Of a stretch of DNA of 64,000 bases, positions 20,233 through 29,877 are shown piece after piece. This DNA comes from an uncultured bacterium (GTDB taxonomy: Bacteria; JAGOEH01), in assembly GCA_964632485.1 (NCBI GenBank), contig CAZWDO010000007.1, positions 1 to 64,000 of the forward strand, read 5' to 3'. The notes beneath the pieces were generated by a model, which ran no database searches, had not been told where the DNA came from, and saw only the letters and a program-made list of their open reading frames with translations. The stretch's first letter is position 1. The number at the start of each line of letters is the position of its first letter. The position numbers were made by a program, and so were the translations under genes.

Positions 20233-22161
20233 TTAAAACGCAATCAATTTATCGCCAAGCAAATGTTTTAAATTCCATTTCATTGTTGTATCAAGTGACC
20301 GCTCAAGACAGATGAAGATAGTTTCCTTATATGTTTTCAGGCCCTCCAAAGTCTGTATGTCAATAGACATATCCATACATATAAGGCATTCTTTAAAGTT
20401 GTCTTTTATACGGTAAACCTTGTTTTTTGCAAAAAGTGCTTCTTGTGTTTTAGAATAATTCAGCATAAAACCGTTTTTCAGAAGCACTTCATCAAAGATA
20501 TTTTTCTCATCAATCATTGCCAGAAACATGGCTTCCTTTTCTTCAATATATTTATCCAAAAGCGCGAGATTTTCATCTTCAGTTTTTGTCGGATCGGGTG
20601 CGAATTCTATGCGGGGGAAATTGGACTTGGCTAGTTTATAAACTTTGAAGCCTGTTTTAAATGGAGCTTTGTCTTGGTCTAAGAGATTAAGTTGTTTCTC
20701 AGCCTCTTCTTTCTCAATTTTTTGAATTACTCTTTTGTTTCGTTCGATGGTAATGTCAGAGATTTTATTAAAACCGTTTTTAAATGCGTCGGTGTCCTGG
20801 TCTGTAAGTTCTGGAAATTGTATCTGAATAAATTTTCTATTACCACTATCTTCATTGTTTAATTCCATTACAGCCTGACCAGTGGAACCAGAACCAGCAA
20901 AAAAATCAAGAACCAAACTATCATTCCGGTCATTTGAAATTGCCAAAAAGTATTTAATGAGGTCGACAGGCTTTGAAAAGGAGAAAACTTTTGCCCCAAA
21001 CAGATCAACTATTGCTTTATTCCCGTCTTCACTCATCCCAACTACTTTAGGTAGTTGCGTAGATACTGTCTTCATTGCATCTTCAGAACCATACTTTTTC
21101 AATGCCTTTGCTTTGTCTTCACTTTCAAAAACACGAAAAGCCGGTGCGCTAATCTTTAAAAAATCATAATCATCAGGAAAAACTATTTTTCCTTTATCAT
21201 AGTATTCTTGAAAAGAATCTTTTGTAACACCCCAAATTCGTTGCCGATTATATGGATAGGATTTCCCCGTTTTGGGATTTACCATATTGAATGTTGAATT
21301 AGGTCTTTCCTCAGCAGTTCTTTGTGTTGTCAAATCAGCCAAACGCCATCTGTCATTCAAGAAGTCATCTGTTTGATAATACTTTCTTTCGTAGCCCAGT
21401 CCTGCGCCATAGCCACCCTTTGTATATGCGACTATCCACTCATAGTCCTGTGAAACACCAAATGGAACATCACTTTTGGCAGTTCGCTTTTTCCACGGGA
21501 ATGTCGCAATAAAGTTTTCTTCCCCAAAAACTTCATCGCACAGTTTTACAAGGTTATATAGTTCATTATCATCAATTGAAATAAAAATGGCTCCACTATC
21601 TTTCATTAGTTGTTTTGCTAATAAGAGGCGGGGATATAACATTGACAACCAATTTGAATGATAGCGTCCGCTTGATTCTGAATTAGTATCAACGGTAACT
21701 CCATTGACTGTAACACCGATATGTTCCCAGTAATTTTCTTTTGATTCATCCCACCTATCAGAATAGACAAAATCGTTTCCTGTATTATAAGGTGGATCAA
21801 TGTAGATAATTTTTATTTGTTCCCGGTATCCCGAGAGCAAGCACTTCAGACTTTCAAGGTTTTCTCCCTCAATAATTATATTACCATCAGCGAACTCTGG
21901 ATTAACGCTTCTTGTTTCATCATAAACAAGCGTTGCTTTACTTGGTGTAAAAGCATTCCGTTTAGCCTCACTCTTACCGAACCATTTAAATTCAAACCGC
22001 TCGGTTTCTTTGACCAGATCAGGGTCAATAATTTTTTTCAGTTCATCGGAATTCAATTTCCCTTCTACAGTAAAAAGGTCTGGGAAAAGGGTTTTCAGCG
22101 TTTCGAGACGCTCTTTATTTAAATCAGGAGTTAGCATAAGCTTTTTATCGAGTTCAGACAT
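20233..22161 (-). CDS. mod: type III restriction-modification DNA methyltransferase (Mod)
   Basis: IIIEGENLE, IYIDPPYNTG, HSNWLSMLYPRL, IFISIDDNE and VLDFFAGSGSTG (beta-class amino-MTase order). Confidence 0.95.
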   Translation of the reverse strand: MSELDKKLMLTPDLNKERLETLKTLFPDLFTVEGKLNSDELKKIIDPDLVKETERFEFKWFGKSEAKRNAFTPSKATLVYDETRSVNPEFADGNIIIEGENLESLKCLLSGYREQIKIIYIDPPYNTGNDFVYSDRWDESKENYWEHIGVTVNGVTVDTNSESSGRYHSNWLSMLYPRLLLAKQLMKDSGAIFISIDDNELYNLVKLCDEVFGEENFIATFPWKKRTAKSDVPFGVSQDYEWIVAYTKGGYGAGLGYERKYYQTDDFLNDRWRLADLTTQRTAEERPNSTFNMVNPKTGKSYPYNRQRIWGVTKDSFQEYYDKGKIVFPDDYDFLKISAPAFRVFESEDKAKALKKYGSEDAMKTVSTQLPKVVGMSEDGNKAIVDLFGAKVFSFSKPVDLIKYFLAISNDRNDSLVLDFFAGSGSTGQAVMELNNEDSGNRKFIQIQFPELTDQDTDAFKNGFNKISDITIERNKRVIQKIEKEEAEKQLNLLDQDKAPFKTGFKVYKLAKSNFPRIEFAPDPTKTEDENLALLDKYIEEKEAMFLAMIDEKNIFDEVLLKNGFMLNYSKTQEALFAKNKVYRIKDNFKECLICMDMSIDIQTLEGLKTYKETIFICLERSLDTTMKWNLKHLLGDKLIAF

Positions 22162-24844
22162 TGGTTAATTCCTCCGCTTTATTTTTAAATGTCGAGTATT
22201 CTTTAATAGGCGCACAATAATTGACCTTGGCTTCGATACCTAAAGCCTCAAAGTGTTTTATTGCGCACTTTATTTTATACACTTCATTTTCAGTGAGTGA
22301 TTTTCGGTCATTTATATCGTTGGTTCCTTTAGTTTCAATAACGAAATAATATTCTCTGCCTTTTTCTTCCCGTAATTTTTTCTTTTTCAACACAAGGCCG
22401 AAGTCAGGATTGTATTCACCGGCCGGGGTTTTGATTACATAAAAGGGCGGAAGCTTTAAAAAGCATACAACTTCTGTATCACTGTCTGCTTCGCGGGCAA
22501 AGTTCTGTTCATGCTCACTATCCCAAATAATATGGTCATAAATGCACTTATTGGGCGTCGGTTCGATTTTGTCTGTATTTTTAACAATGAACTGCTCAAA
22601 CTGGTTTATATCAAATGTTTGCCCAGTAACACGGTAATCGAGCGCGCGTAGCATTTCATCCAGTTCAATATAGCGGATTTTTTGAACTGCTTCCTGCAAA
22701 AATCGAGGTGGGTTTTTCAATATTTCTTTTTTGTTCTCAAAACCCTTTACAATTTTAAAAGCTGTAGGATACGCAATGCCTGTATTTTCACTTAACTCTT
22801 CAATCAGGTCTATCGGTGAAAAAGCGGTAGCAACAATTTTGTTTTGAGTTCGAAAATCTTGAGTCTGTATTCCTTCTTCGGACATGCTTTGAAACCTGCC
22901 AAGCGCAACCTGTACTTGGTGTTCTGAAATTTTTATTTCATTTATTGCTTTAATGGATTCTGCAATAATTCTATCTTCATCAAAGGAAACAAGATATTCT
23001 GTTTTTTGAGCCAGCCGTTTCCAAAATTCACAAAAAGACGGATTGTTAAAATGGATATCATTTCTTGACAAACGCTTTTTAGTAGTTTTTTGTCCCTTAT
23101 GAGTATTACGTGTTTCGGCTCCGGCTTCGCTTGTTCCATAAATTTCTGCTATTTCCGATTGATATTGTGATACAAAGGCTTCATAGGTTTCATTCGGGAT
23201 AACGGTAAGAAGGTTTATTTCATCGCCTTCTATTGTTTCCGGCGTATCATACACCCGCAGCCCATCCTGATTAACGCAAATACGAAGTCCACGGCCAATT
23301 TCCTGTCTTTTTTTTATCTCACTGTAACTCTGATTCAGCGTCGCTATGTTAAAAACATTGGGATTGTCCCATCCTACACCGAGGGCAGAGTGAGAAAAGA
23401 TAAACTCGACTGGATTATCAAGCGATAACAATTCTTCTTTGGATTTCAGGATAAGGTCGTAAAGCGCTTTGTTATTGCGCATCGAACCTTCATTGTCCGT
23501 AAAATCACCTTTTCCGGTTTGAGCAAAATAATAGCCTTGCGATAGTTCTATTTTTGAGTTTTCTGCTTCCTTGCCATAAAAATCTTTATACGCTTTTCTA
23601 TATTGTTCTACAAATGCATTTTTTATAATTCCGTCCGGTTGAATGTAGTTATCAACCCTATCAATAAAGGTAAGAGAGAGACATTTGATCCCATAGGGTT
23701 TAAGTTTTTCTTTTTTCCTAAAATGGCAGTCAATAAGCCAATAAAGCTGTTCACCGAATATTACGGAATAATCTTTGGCTTGCTCACCCTCATAAATGAT
23801 TGAGCCGTTTTTGAACTTTACAAAGCCCTTGCCACGAATTGGGCGCGCAATTTGTTCAAGGATATATCCTTTGTAAGTAATATTTCCGGTTACTTCATGT
23901 AAATCTGCGTTTTTATCAATTTTTTTTGTGTGCTTAAATTTAAAACCGTTTGCAGTTTGATGCCATGTTTTTAAAACTGCCTTGGGCTCACCCTTTCCTA
24001 TTTCGATTTTTATAAGTTCGATTTTCATAGACGCTTCATCGTTCTTTTCAGAAACAGTTAAAACCTCTATTTTTTTAACAATACCCTGTTTATAACTATC
24101 ATGTGGCGTTAAACGGTAAATAAGATTGGTTAAAACTTTATGCGTTGCAGAATACCTGATTTTGAATAGCGGACCCAGTGTTTTCATTCTCTCAATCGAA
24201 TTATCCGTATCCATACCTTCCTGTGGCTCGTCCATTATAACAATCGGATTTGTACGGGAAATAGCCTCGATATAGGCCATATTTGAGAATAAATCTTCAC
24301 GGTGCGCCTGATTTAAAATACGGTCATCGGAATTAAATGACTGAAGCGTCATTACCATAATCTGTGGATGCTGTTCTTCAACAAAATTAGTGACCTTTGA
24401 AAGTCGTTTGCTGTCATATTCAAAATAGCTGGGCTTGGTGTTGTAAATATATTCCAGTTGTTTTTCAAATGTTTTTAGAGTTGTTAGAACGCCTTCTTTG
24501 ATTGCAACGGATGGAACGAGGATAATAAACTTTGTAAAGCCATAATGTTTATAGAGTTCAAAAATGGTTTTGATATATACAAGGGTTTTACCAGTACCGG
24601 TTTCCATCTCGACGCAAATATCATTAGTCTGCTGAATATTTGCCGTGTCTTCTTTTATACCATTTTCAAGGGCGGCGTCTTTTAGATTCTGAATAATTTC
24701 ATCGTTTGATAATGAAAGTAAGTTTGAACGGATTCCTTCAATACAAGCATTGTCGAAAGTGTTTTTTTCCTGTCCGTTAAAAACAGAAATTACAGCCTTA
24801 ATAGCTTGTTGCTGATATTCTAACTGTTCAAGTTTTAATTCCAT
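22154..24844 (-). CDS. res: type III restriction endonuclease (Res)
   Basis: EMETGTGKT, VPSVAIKEG, IMDEPQ, RYSATH, GWDNPNVF, QEIGRGLR and a PD-(D/E)xK nuclease (YNPDFG...IETKG). Confidence 0.95.
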   Translation of the reverse strand: MELKLEQLEYQQQAIKAVISVFNGQEKNTFDNACIEGIRSNLLSLSNDEIIQNLKDAALENGIKEDTANIQQTNDICVEMETGTGKTLVYIKTIFELYKHYGFTKFIILVPSVAIKEGVLTTLKTFEKQLEYIYNTKPSYFEYDSKRLSKVTNFVEEQHPQIMVMTLQSFNSDDRILNQAHREDLFSNMAYIEAISRTNPIVIMDEPQEGMDTDNSIERMKTLGPLFKIRYSATHKVLTNLIYRLTPHDSYKQGIVKKIEVLTVSEKNDEASMKIELIKIEIGKGEPKAVLKTWHQTANGFKFKHTKKIDKNADLHEVTGNITYKGYILEQIARPIRGKGFVKFKNGSIIYEGEQAKDYSVIFGEQLYWLIDCHFRKKEKLKPYGIKCLSLTFIDRVDNYIQPDGIIKNAFVEQYRKAYKDFYGKEAENSKIELSQGYYFAQTGKGDFTDNEGSMRNNKALYDLILKSKEELLSLDNPVEFIFSHSALGVGWDNPNVFNIATLNQSYSEIKKRQEIGRGLRICVNQDGLRVYDTPETIEGDEINLLTVIPNETYEAFVSQYQSEIAEIYGTSEAGAETRNTHKGQKTTKKRLSRNDIHFNNPSFCEFWKRLAQKTEYLVSFDEDRIIAESIKAINEIKISEHQVQVALGRFQSMSEEGIQTQDFRTQNKIVATAFSPIDLIEELSENTGIAYPTAFKIVKGFENKKEILKNPPRFLQEAVQKIRYIELDEMLRALDYRVTGQTFDINQFEQFIVKNTDKIEPTPNKCIYDHIIWDSEHEQNFAREADSDTEVVCFLKLPPFYVIKTPAGEYNPDFGLVLKKKKLREEKGREYYFVIETKGTNDINDRKSLTENEVYKIKCAIKHFEALGIEAKVNYCAPIKEYSTFKNKAEELTNV

Positions 24845-25216
24845 CTAATTCTATCCTCTTTTTCTTTCTTCATACCCAACACGGACGTTAGGCATTCTTG
24901 AGGGGCAAGTTTTATTCTTTTCTTCAAAATACCTCTTTAACATTCTTAATGCACATATATTCATCCTGTCATCGCCGCCCAAGAATTTATCACAACGTTT
25001 GGATACCTGCCATAAGGCGTATATTCTTCCAGATTCAGAACATTTTCTGCTATGTGGCATTTATTTTTCCATAATAGTTAAACGCGAAAAGTAAACTTTC
25101 TCCATAGCTTTTGGACTCAGTTGGCTACTTTTGCTGAACTGGTTTTAACCATTTACTTACCAATGCTGTCACTCCATTTTTGTAACGGTAGTTAATTTTT
25201 TTTAATCTGCTTTAAT

Positions 25217-25245
25217 ATTATATAAAGTTTCTGGGTCATTGTCAA
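25217..25245 (-). promoter_or_regulatory. consensus sigma70 promoter pointing into the res-mod insert
   Basis: Minus strand TTGACA (25245-25240), 17-nt spacer, TATAAT (25222-25217). Confidence 0.8.
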
Positions 25246-25247
25246 GC

Positions 25248-25283
25248 AAAAAAAAACCGGCGAGAGCAAAAGCTCCCGCCGGT
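25248..25283 (-). terminator. Rho-independent terminator of the TBDR/CTD/PorV operon
   Basis: Minus strand ACCGGCGGGAGC-TTTT-GCTCTCGCCGGT followed by a T run, ~20 nt after the PorV-like stop. Confidence 0.88.
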
Positions 25284-25302
25284 AAACGGATATTTAAAGC
25301 GC

Positions 25303-26331
25303 TTAGAAAGCGACTTTAAAACTAAAGATATGACTGGCGTCGAAGTACTGGCAATTCCGGAAGGTGTAATCAAACATCAGGTTCGATCCACCCAGTTGAT
25401 ATGCCAGACCCAACCCTGCGGTCAAGTCGAACAAACGGTCTTCGCTATCAGTGTTCATGCTATAAACATAACCGAGACGAGCAAAAACCATTTTATTGAA
25501 ACCATATTCCACACCGGTTTTAATGGCATCGTTTTCAAAGTTGTTGCTTTGAAAAGCGCTGCTAACGGAGAGTTCGCTATTGATCATTAACGGATGGGTA
25601 TAAGAGAGCCCCATATCAACGCTGGCCGGCAACTGATTGGAAGAGGAAGTCCGATCGACAAAGTTTTTCTTGCCGCCCGCTTCCATGAAATTGGTCAATA
25701 AACCGGAACCGGTGAAGGTCATGTTGGTACCGATATTGCTGACCAGCAAGCCCAGATTGAGTCCTTCCAGGCCGCCAATCTGGCGATACTGGATACCCAC
25801 ATCAAAAGCGAAGGCGCTGGCGCTGGCGCGCGGAACCGATTCCGTGATCAGTTTACCGTTGATACCGACCTGAATCACATCGGTCAGCCGACGTGAATAA
25901 GTAACGCCCAACGTCGCGAAAGTCGGGGAATAGGTACGGCCATAAGCGCCGTCCATATCTCCGTTAGTCGTCATCGGGATATCGCCGAATCCCAAGGATT
26001 TGAGACTGACCCCGACATGACCGAAACGTCCGGCATTGACGCCGATGGCAAAATAGTTGACTCTGATATCGAATAGATAGTTCATCGTACTGAACAACAC
26101 GGCCGCTTTGCTTTCCATCATGGAAAGTCCGGCGGGGTTCCAGTAGATCGCCTCGACACCCTGCGTAAAAGCTACCGTGGCGCCGGCCAGTGCGACATCG
26201 CGCCCACCGACCGGGATCTGTACCTGGGTCCCGGATGCCGTTCCCGTCCGGTCTTCATCTCCCGCATACATCGGCAGCAGGAGTGCGAGACTTAAAAGCA
26301 AAGTCAGAAAAATTATGATGGTTCGTTTCAT
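25303..26331 (-). CDS. PorV/PorQ-family (FadL-like) outer-membrane beta-barrel
   Basis: Signal peptide, IPVGGRDVALAGA...AIYWNPAGL motif, amphipathic strands, terminal aromatic F. Confidence 0.85.
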   Translation of the reverse strand: MKRTIIIFLTLLLSLALLLPMYAGDEDRTGTASGTQVQIPVGGRDVALAGATVAFTQGVEAIYWNPAGLSMMESKAAVLFSTMNYLFDIRVNYFAIGVNAGRFGHVGVSLKSLGFGDIPMTTNGDMDGAYGRTYSPTFATLGVTYSRRLTDVIQVGINGKLITESVPRASASAFAFDVGIQYRQIGGLEGLNLGLLVSNIGTNMTFTGSGLLTNFMEAGGKKNFVDRTSSSNQLPASVDMGLSYTHPLMINSELSVSSAFQSNNFENDAIKTGVEYGFNKMVFARLGYVYSMNTDSEDRLFDLTAGLGLAYQLGGSNLMFDYTFRNCQYFDASHIFSFKVAF

Positions 26332-26355
26332 TATGACACTCCCATGTTTGGTGAC

Positions 26356-29300
26356 TTAATAATACTCGAGAATCTGCTGGCTCTGGATGATCATCAGTTT
26401 CAGCATCTTGGTTTTTCCCAGATCCGGCATATCGATGTACGCGACATACATACCGCTGGCTACCGGCAGATCAGCCGAATTGCGTAAATCCCAACGGTTA
26501 AATTGAGTGGCGTCATCTTTTTCCAATTTCCGCACCTGCACTCCGGCCAGGTTGAAAATGCGAATCGTCGCTTTTTGCGGTAAATGGTTAAAAGTCACGA
26601 AACGGTTAAATCGATTCGGTTCCTCCGGATTGTTAGCATAATAGGGATTCGGAAAAACGTTAATGTTCGCGATATCTTCCTTGGCTAACGCATCGGAATT
26701 AGTAACCGCGGGAGCAGTAAAAGCGAATTGATCGGAAATTGCATTGGGTTTGTTGGTAATGATGCGGAACACCGTGCCGGTTTCTGGCATGGCCGCGCGC
26801 TGGTTTCCGGGGAAACCGTCACCGACGCTGCCGCCGTTCCAGCTCACGAACACCATGCGGCGAATCGCATCTGTACCAGCCGTCAAGGCACCCAGGTATT
26901 CATGATTCGCTGTATTATTCTGTACATCGTTGGCAATGGCGTTATATCCTGCGCTACCGGGCGTCTCATCCGCCGGTATCACCCAGTAAATCCAGTCGGA
27001 TTCCGGATCGTTGTCGCCGCCGGAGACACTGTGGTCGAACGCCCACAGATTGAAAACGCCATCCGCTTCATTATCGATCAGATAGGGGAAATAGCGGATA
27101 TCATCGCTCGCATCATCCGGAGTATTGATACCGGTGTTCCACAGTTCGAAAGGCACGGGCATCACGGTGCCGCCGGTGCCGGCGCCGGTGACGAAGGCGT
27201 TCGGTTCATAACCGACGCCACCCGCACTGGTGAAGCGGATTTCCCAATCGTAGGGCACGATCAGGGGCCAGCGAGCGCCGCCCTGGGTCACGCGGGGAAT
27301 GAATTCCTCGTAGGGACCTCGGCTGCCGTTGTCGCCGGTATGAATCAGCCATGTAGAGCTGTTGGTGCTCTGTTGCGCGCCGTAATCATTTGGACTCAGG
27401 GTATGGGTCGATGGAAAATCGTACCAGTTAGCCGCGGCGCCGCGGTAATTATCGCCCAGATCGCCGCTGGCATTAGCCACGCACTGGAAGTCCTTGAAAT
27501 CGTTGGGCGGACCGGTCACTTTGACCTGAAGTCCGTCGAATACAGGCTGATCGCTGCGTTCACTAAATGTCGCCGACTGTGGCTGCCCGGAAACCTTCAC
27601 CGTACCGGCGGTCACATCACGGACATTCCACAACAATTCGCCATAGGTATCGGAAGTGGAATCCTCATCAACGGTAAAATAAATCTGGTATTCATGGCCG
27701 GTATTTTTGGAGGGGTCAACCACCGTAATCTGGACCTGACCATCACTGGCTCCGGTATGGGTTACCGTAACGAGATCAGCGGGATCGGCGCCAAACCGTT
27801 CCCCGGGTTTAGAACCCTGTACCGTGACAGACGTCACCAACAACGAAGACTCCAAGGATTTATCCTCGATCAGTTGCGGGGATTCATTGTAATTATAGGC
27901 CGTCACCGCAAAATAGTAAGCTTTGCCCTTAATCAGCGGAGTACCATCAAGATAATCCTTATCAACAACAAAATAACGCTGTACGCCTTTATCTTCGCCG
28001 AATTGGACCGGGATATCCACCACTTGGCCGTATTCCGCTACGAAAATTCTGCCGTTGATGGTAGTTACGCCGTCAGTTAAATCAAAAGTGCCGATACGCA
28101 CTGCCTGATCCTTGCTGGAGGAGGCGCTGGGCAATTGATAGAGATTATAGCCCTGAAAATCGTAGCCGGTTACCGGATTTTTCGCTTCCGTAACAGCGAC
28201 CGCAGTGGCGTCATCGCCCCAGGTGATCACAATTTTATCTTCATAGGGGGAGGCAATAACCGTAGGGGAAGCCGGTGCTTTCGGCACTGTGGCGAACAGA
28301 TCGTTATAGAGTTTCTGGGCCACGATATCGGTCGTTTTCATAGCATTGACGGAAGAGATATTATTACTGCCTAACCCGCCAACCAATGCTACTACGACTT
28401 CCTGCGTGTCGCCGACAGCCATGTTAAATGGACCGGAAGAGAGCAGGATGCGGCGATCGCCGGAGGGGAGATTCGTTCCCGTTCCATCGATATCGCCCGT
28501 ACCGGCGACAGGGTCACCGGATAAGGGATACACTGTCGGTTGTCCGGCATAAGGTCCGGCTCCGGCAATATAGGGAGAAGGATTGGCAACTTCTATGCTG
28601 GGCGTGAAACCGCGCAGCAGGTTATAAAACTGCAAGGTACCGTCATAGACGCCCTGATCAGGGTCATCATAGGCGGAACCAGCGGCAAAATAGGTAAACG
28701 ACGTCATGGGCAGGTTAACCCATCCGGCTTCAGTGCGTTTCAGGTCCTTGATACCGGTATCGATCGCATCATCGATGCCGTTTTTGTTCAGGTCCTGGCC
28801 AGCAATTCCTGGAACCAGCGGTCCCTGGAAAAAATCGTATCCGGCCGCCGGAGGAACGATACCAAAGGCATCGTAATCGCCGTCCGTGGATTCGCCATTA
28901 TACGCATATCCCAGGCTCAGCAGGGTATCGCAACCGGCGAAATCATTGGAGGAGACACCGACGTCAGGGTCGCACCATTTACAGACAAACATGGAATCAA
29001 TTAATTTTCCAGATTTGTTGATAAATTTATATTTCTGGAAAATAATCTGGCCCAGGGCCGCATTTGGCTGATTATAGCCCCAAACCGTAATCTGCAGTTC
29101 CAGTCCGATCGGCTGGGAACCATAGAGGTAGGTTGTGTTGGCAGATTCTAAATCGTTCATGACCCACCATATTACCTGATCGGCATTTGCGATACCGGGC
29201 TCATCAGTGCCGGCAGTAAAGATGCCATCGCCATCGATATCGACCCAGGGGGCGCCGAGATCGACGGGCCAATTGGCCCAATCATCAGCATATTGGGCGA

Positions 29301-29838
29301 TAACTGCTTCGCACTCAGCATCGCTGACATCATTAAAGGTTTTCATGTTGACTTCAGCCGCATCCTGTTTGACCTGGCTATTGGTCAATGTCGCCCAGTC
29401 GCGGCGAATACGATAAATCCGGGCTCGGTCATTATTGGCATCAATAGCCACGGCGGAAGCACCCGTCCCCTCAACCCAACCCGGCTGCGTGCCGGTACGA
29501 TAGGCAAAACCGCCGACGCGCAGTTCTCGTTGAGTTTCAGTCCTGGGATAATAACCACCCCAGACGATACCTTCTTGAAATATAGCGGCGGCAGACGCGC
29601 GGGGATAGATACCACCCGAGTTATTGGCCGGGTCAAGGGCCATTTTGCCTTCATAATAGACCCAAGAAGACCAGTTGCCGATATTAATCAGCGTGCGGGT
29701 CACTTTAGTGGCCGCAGTCTTAGCCAGGCGCGGACCATATTGGTTGCTTTGCGGCGCCCAGGCTTCCAATGAACTGGTCATGAAAAGGAAAAGCAACCCG
29801 AGAATCAGCCCGAGCGCTTTATTGGTTCGTTTTATCAT
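26356..29838 (-). CDS. large secreted protein with T9SS type-A-like C-terminal sorting domain
   Basis: Signal peptide; Ca-loop motifs (DIDGDGIF, DLNKNGIDD); FN3-like YYFAVTAY; CTD INVFPNPYY...FNHLPQKATIRIFNLAG...WDLRN...VASGMY. Confidence 0.85.
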   Translation of the reverse strand: MIKRTNKALGLILGLLFLFMTSSLEAWAPQSNQYGPRLAKTAATKVTRTLINIGNWSSWVYYEGKMALDPANNSGGIYPRASAAAIFQEGIVWGGYYPRTETQRELRVGGFAYRTGTQPGWVEGTGASAVAIDANNDRARIYRIRRDWATLTNSQVKQDAAEVNMKTFNDVSDAECEAVIAQYADDWANWPVDLGAPWVDIDGDGIFTAGTDEPGIANADQVIWWVMNDLESANTTYLYGSQPIGLELQITVWGYNQPNAALGQIIFQKYKFINKSGKLIDSMFVCKWCDPDVGVSSNDFAGCDTLLSLGYAYNGESTDGDYDAFGIVPPAAGYDFFQGPLVPGIAGQDLNKNGIDDAIDTGIKDLKRTEAGWVNLPMTSFTYFAAGSAYDDPDQGVYDGTLQFYNLLRGFTPSIEVANPSPYIAGAGPYAGQPTVYPLSGDPVAGTGDIDGTGTNLPSGDRRILLSSGPFNMAVGDTQEVVVALVGGLGSNNISSVNAMKTTDIVAQKLYNDLFATVPKAPASPTVIASPYEDKIVITWGDDATAVAVTEAKNPVTGYDFQGYNLYQLPSASSSKDQAVRIGTFDLTDGVTTINGRIFVAEYGQVVDIPVQFGEDKGVQRYFVVDKDYLDGTPLIKGKAYYFAVTAYNYNESPQLIEDKSLESSLLVTSVTVQGSKPGERFGADPADLVTVTHTGASDGQVQITVVDPSKNTGHEYQIYFTVDEDSTSDTYGELLWNVRDVTAGTVKVSGQPQSATFSERSDQPVFDGLQVKVTGPPNDFKDFQCVANASGDLGDNYRGAAANWYDFPSTHTLSPNDYGAQQSTNSSTWLIHTGDNGSRGPYEEFIPRVTQGGARWPLIVPYDWEIRFTSAGGVGYEPNAFVTGAGTGGTVMPVPFELWNTGINTPDDASDDIRYFPYLIDNEADGVFNLWAFDHSVSGGDNDPESDWIYWVIPADETPGSAGYNAIANDVQNNTANHEYLGALTAGTDAIRRMVFVSWNGGSVGDGFPGNQRAAMPETGTVFRIITNKPNAISDQFAFTAPAVTNSDALAKEDIANINVFPNPYYANNPEEPNRFNRFVTFNHLPQKATIRIFNLAGVQVRKLEKDDATQFNRWDLRNSADLPVASGMYVAYIDMPDLGKTKMLKLMIIQSQQILEYY

Positions 29839-29877
29839 GACATCTCCTTAAGTTTAGTTAACACTTGCTTCTCGTGA

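Noticed and set aside
24851-25060. 69-aa ORF as a controller (C) protein for the RM system
   Set aside because: No HTH signature, and it lies in a region of broken frames.
26728-28080. 450-aa plus-strand ORF (also 37977..38810, 41741..42370, 11701..12252 and many shorter ones)
   Set aside because: Antisense shadows of well-supported genes with biased codon usage; no recognisable motifs.
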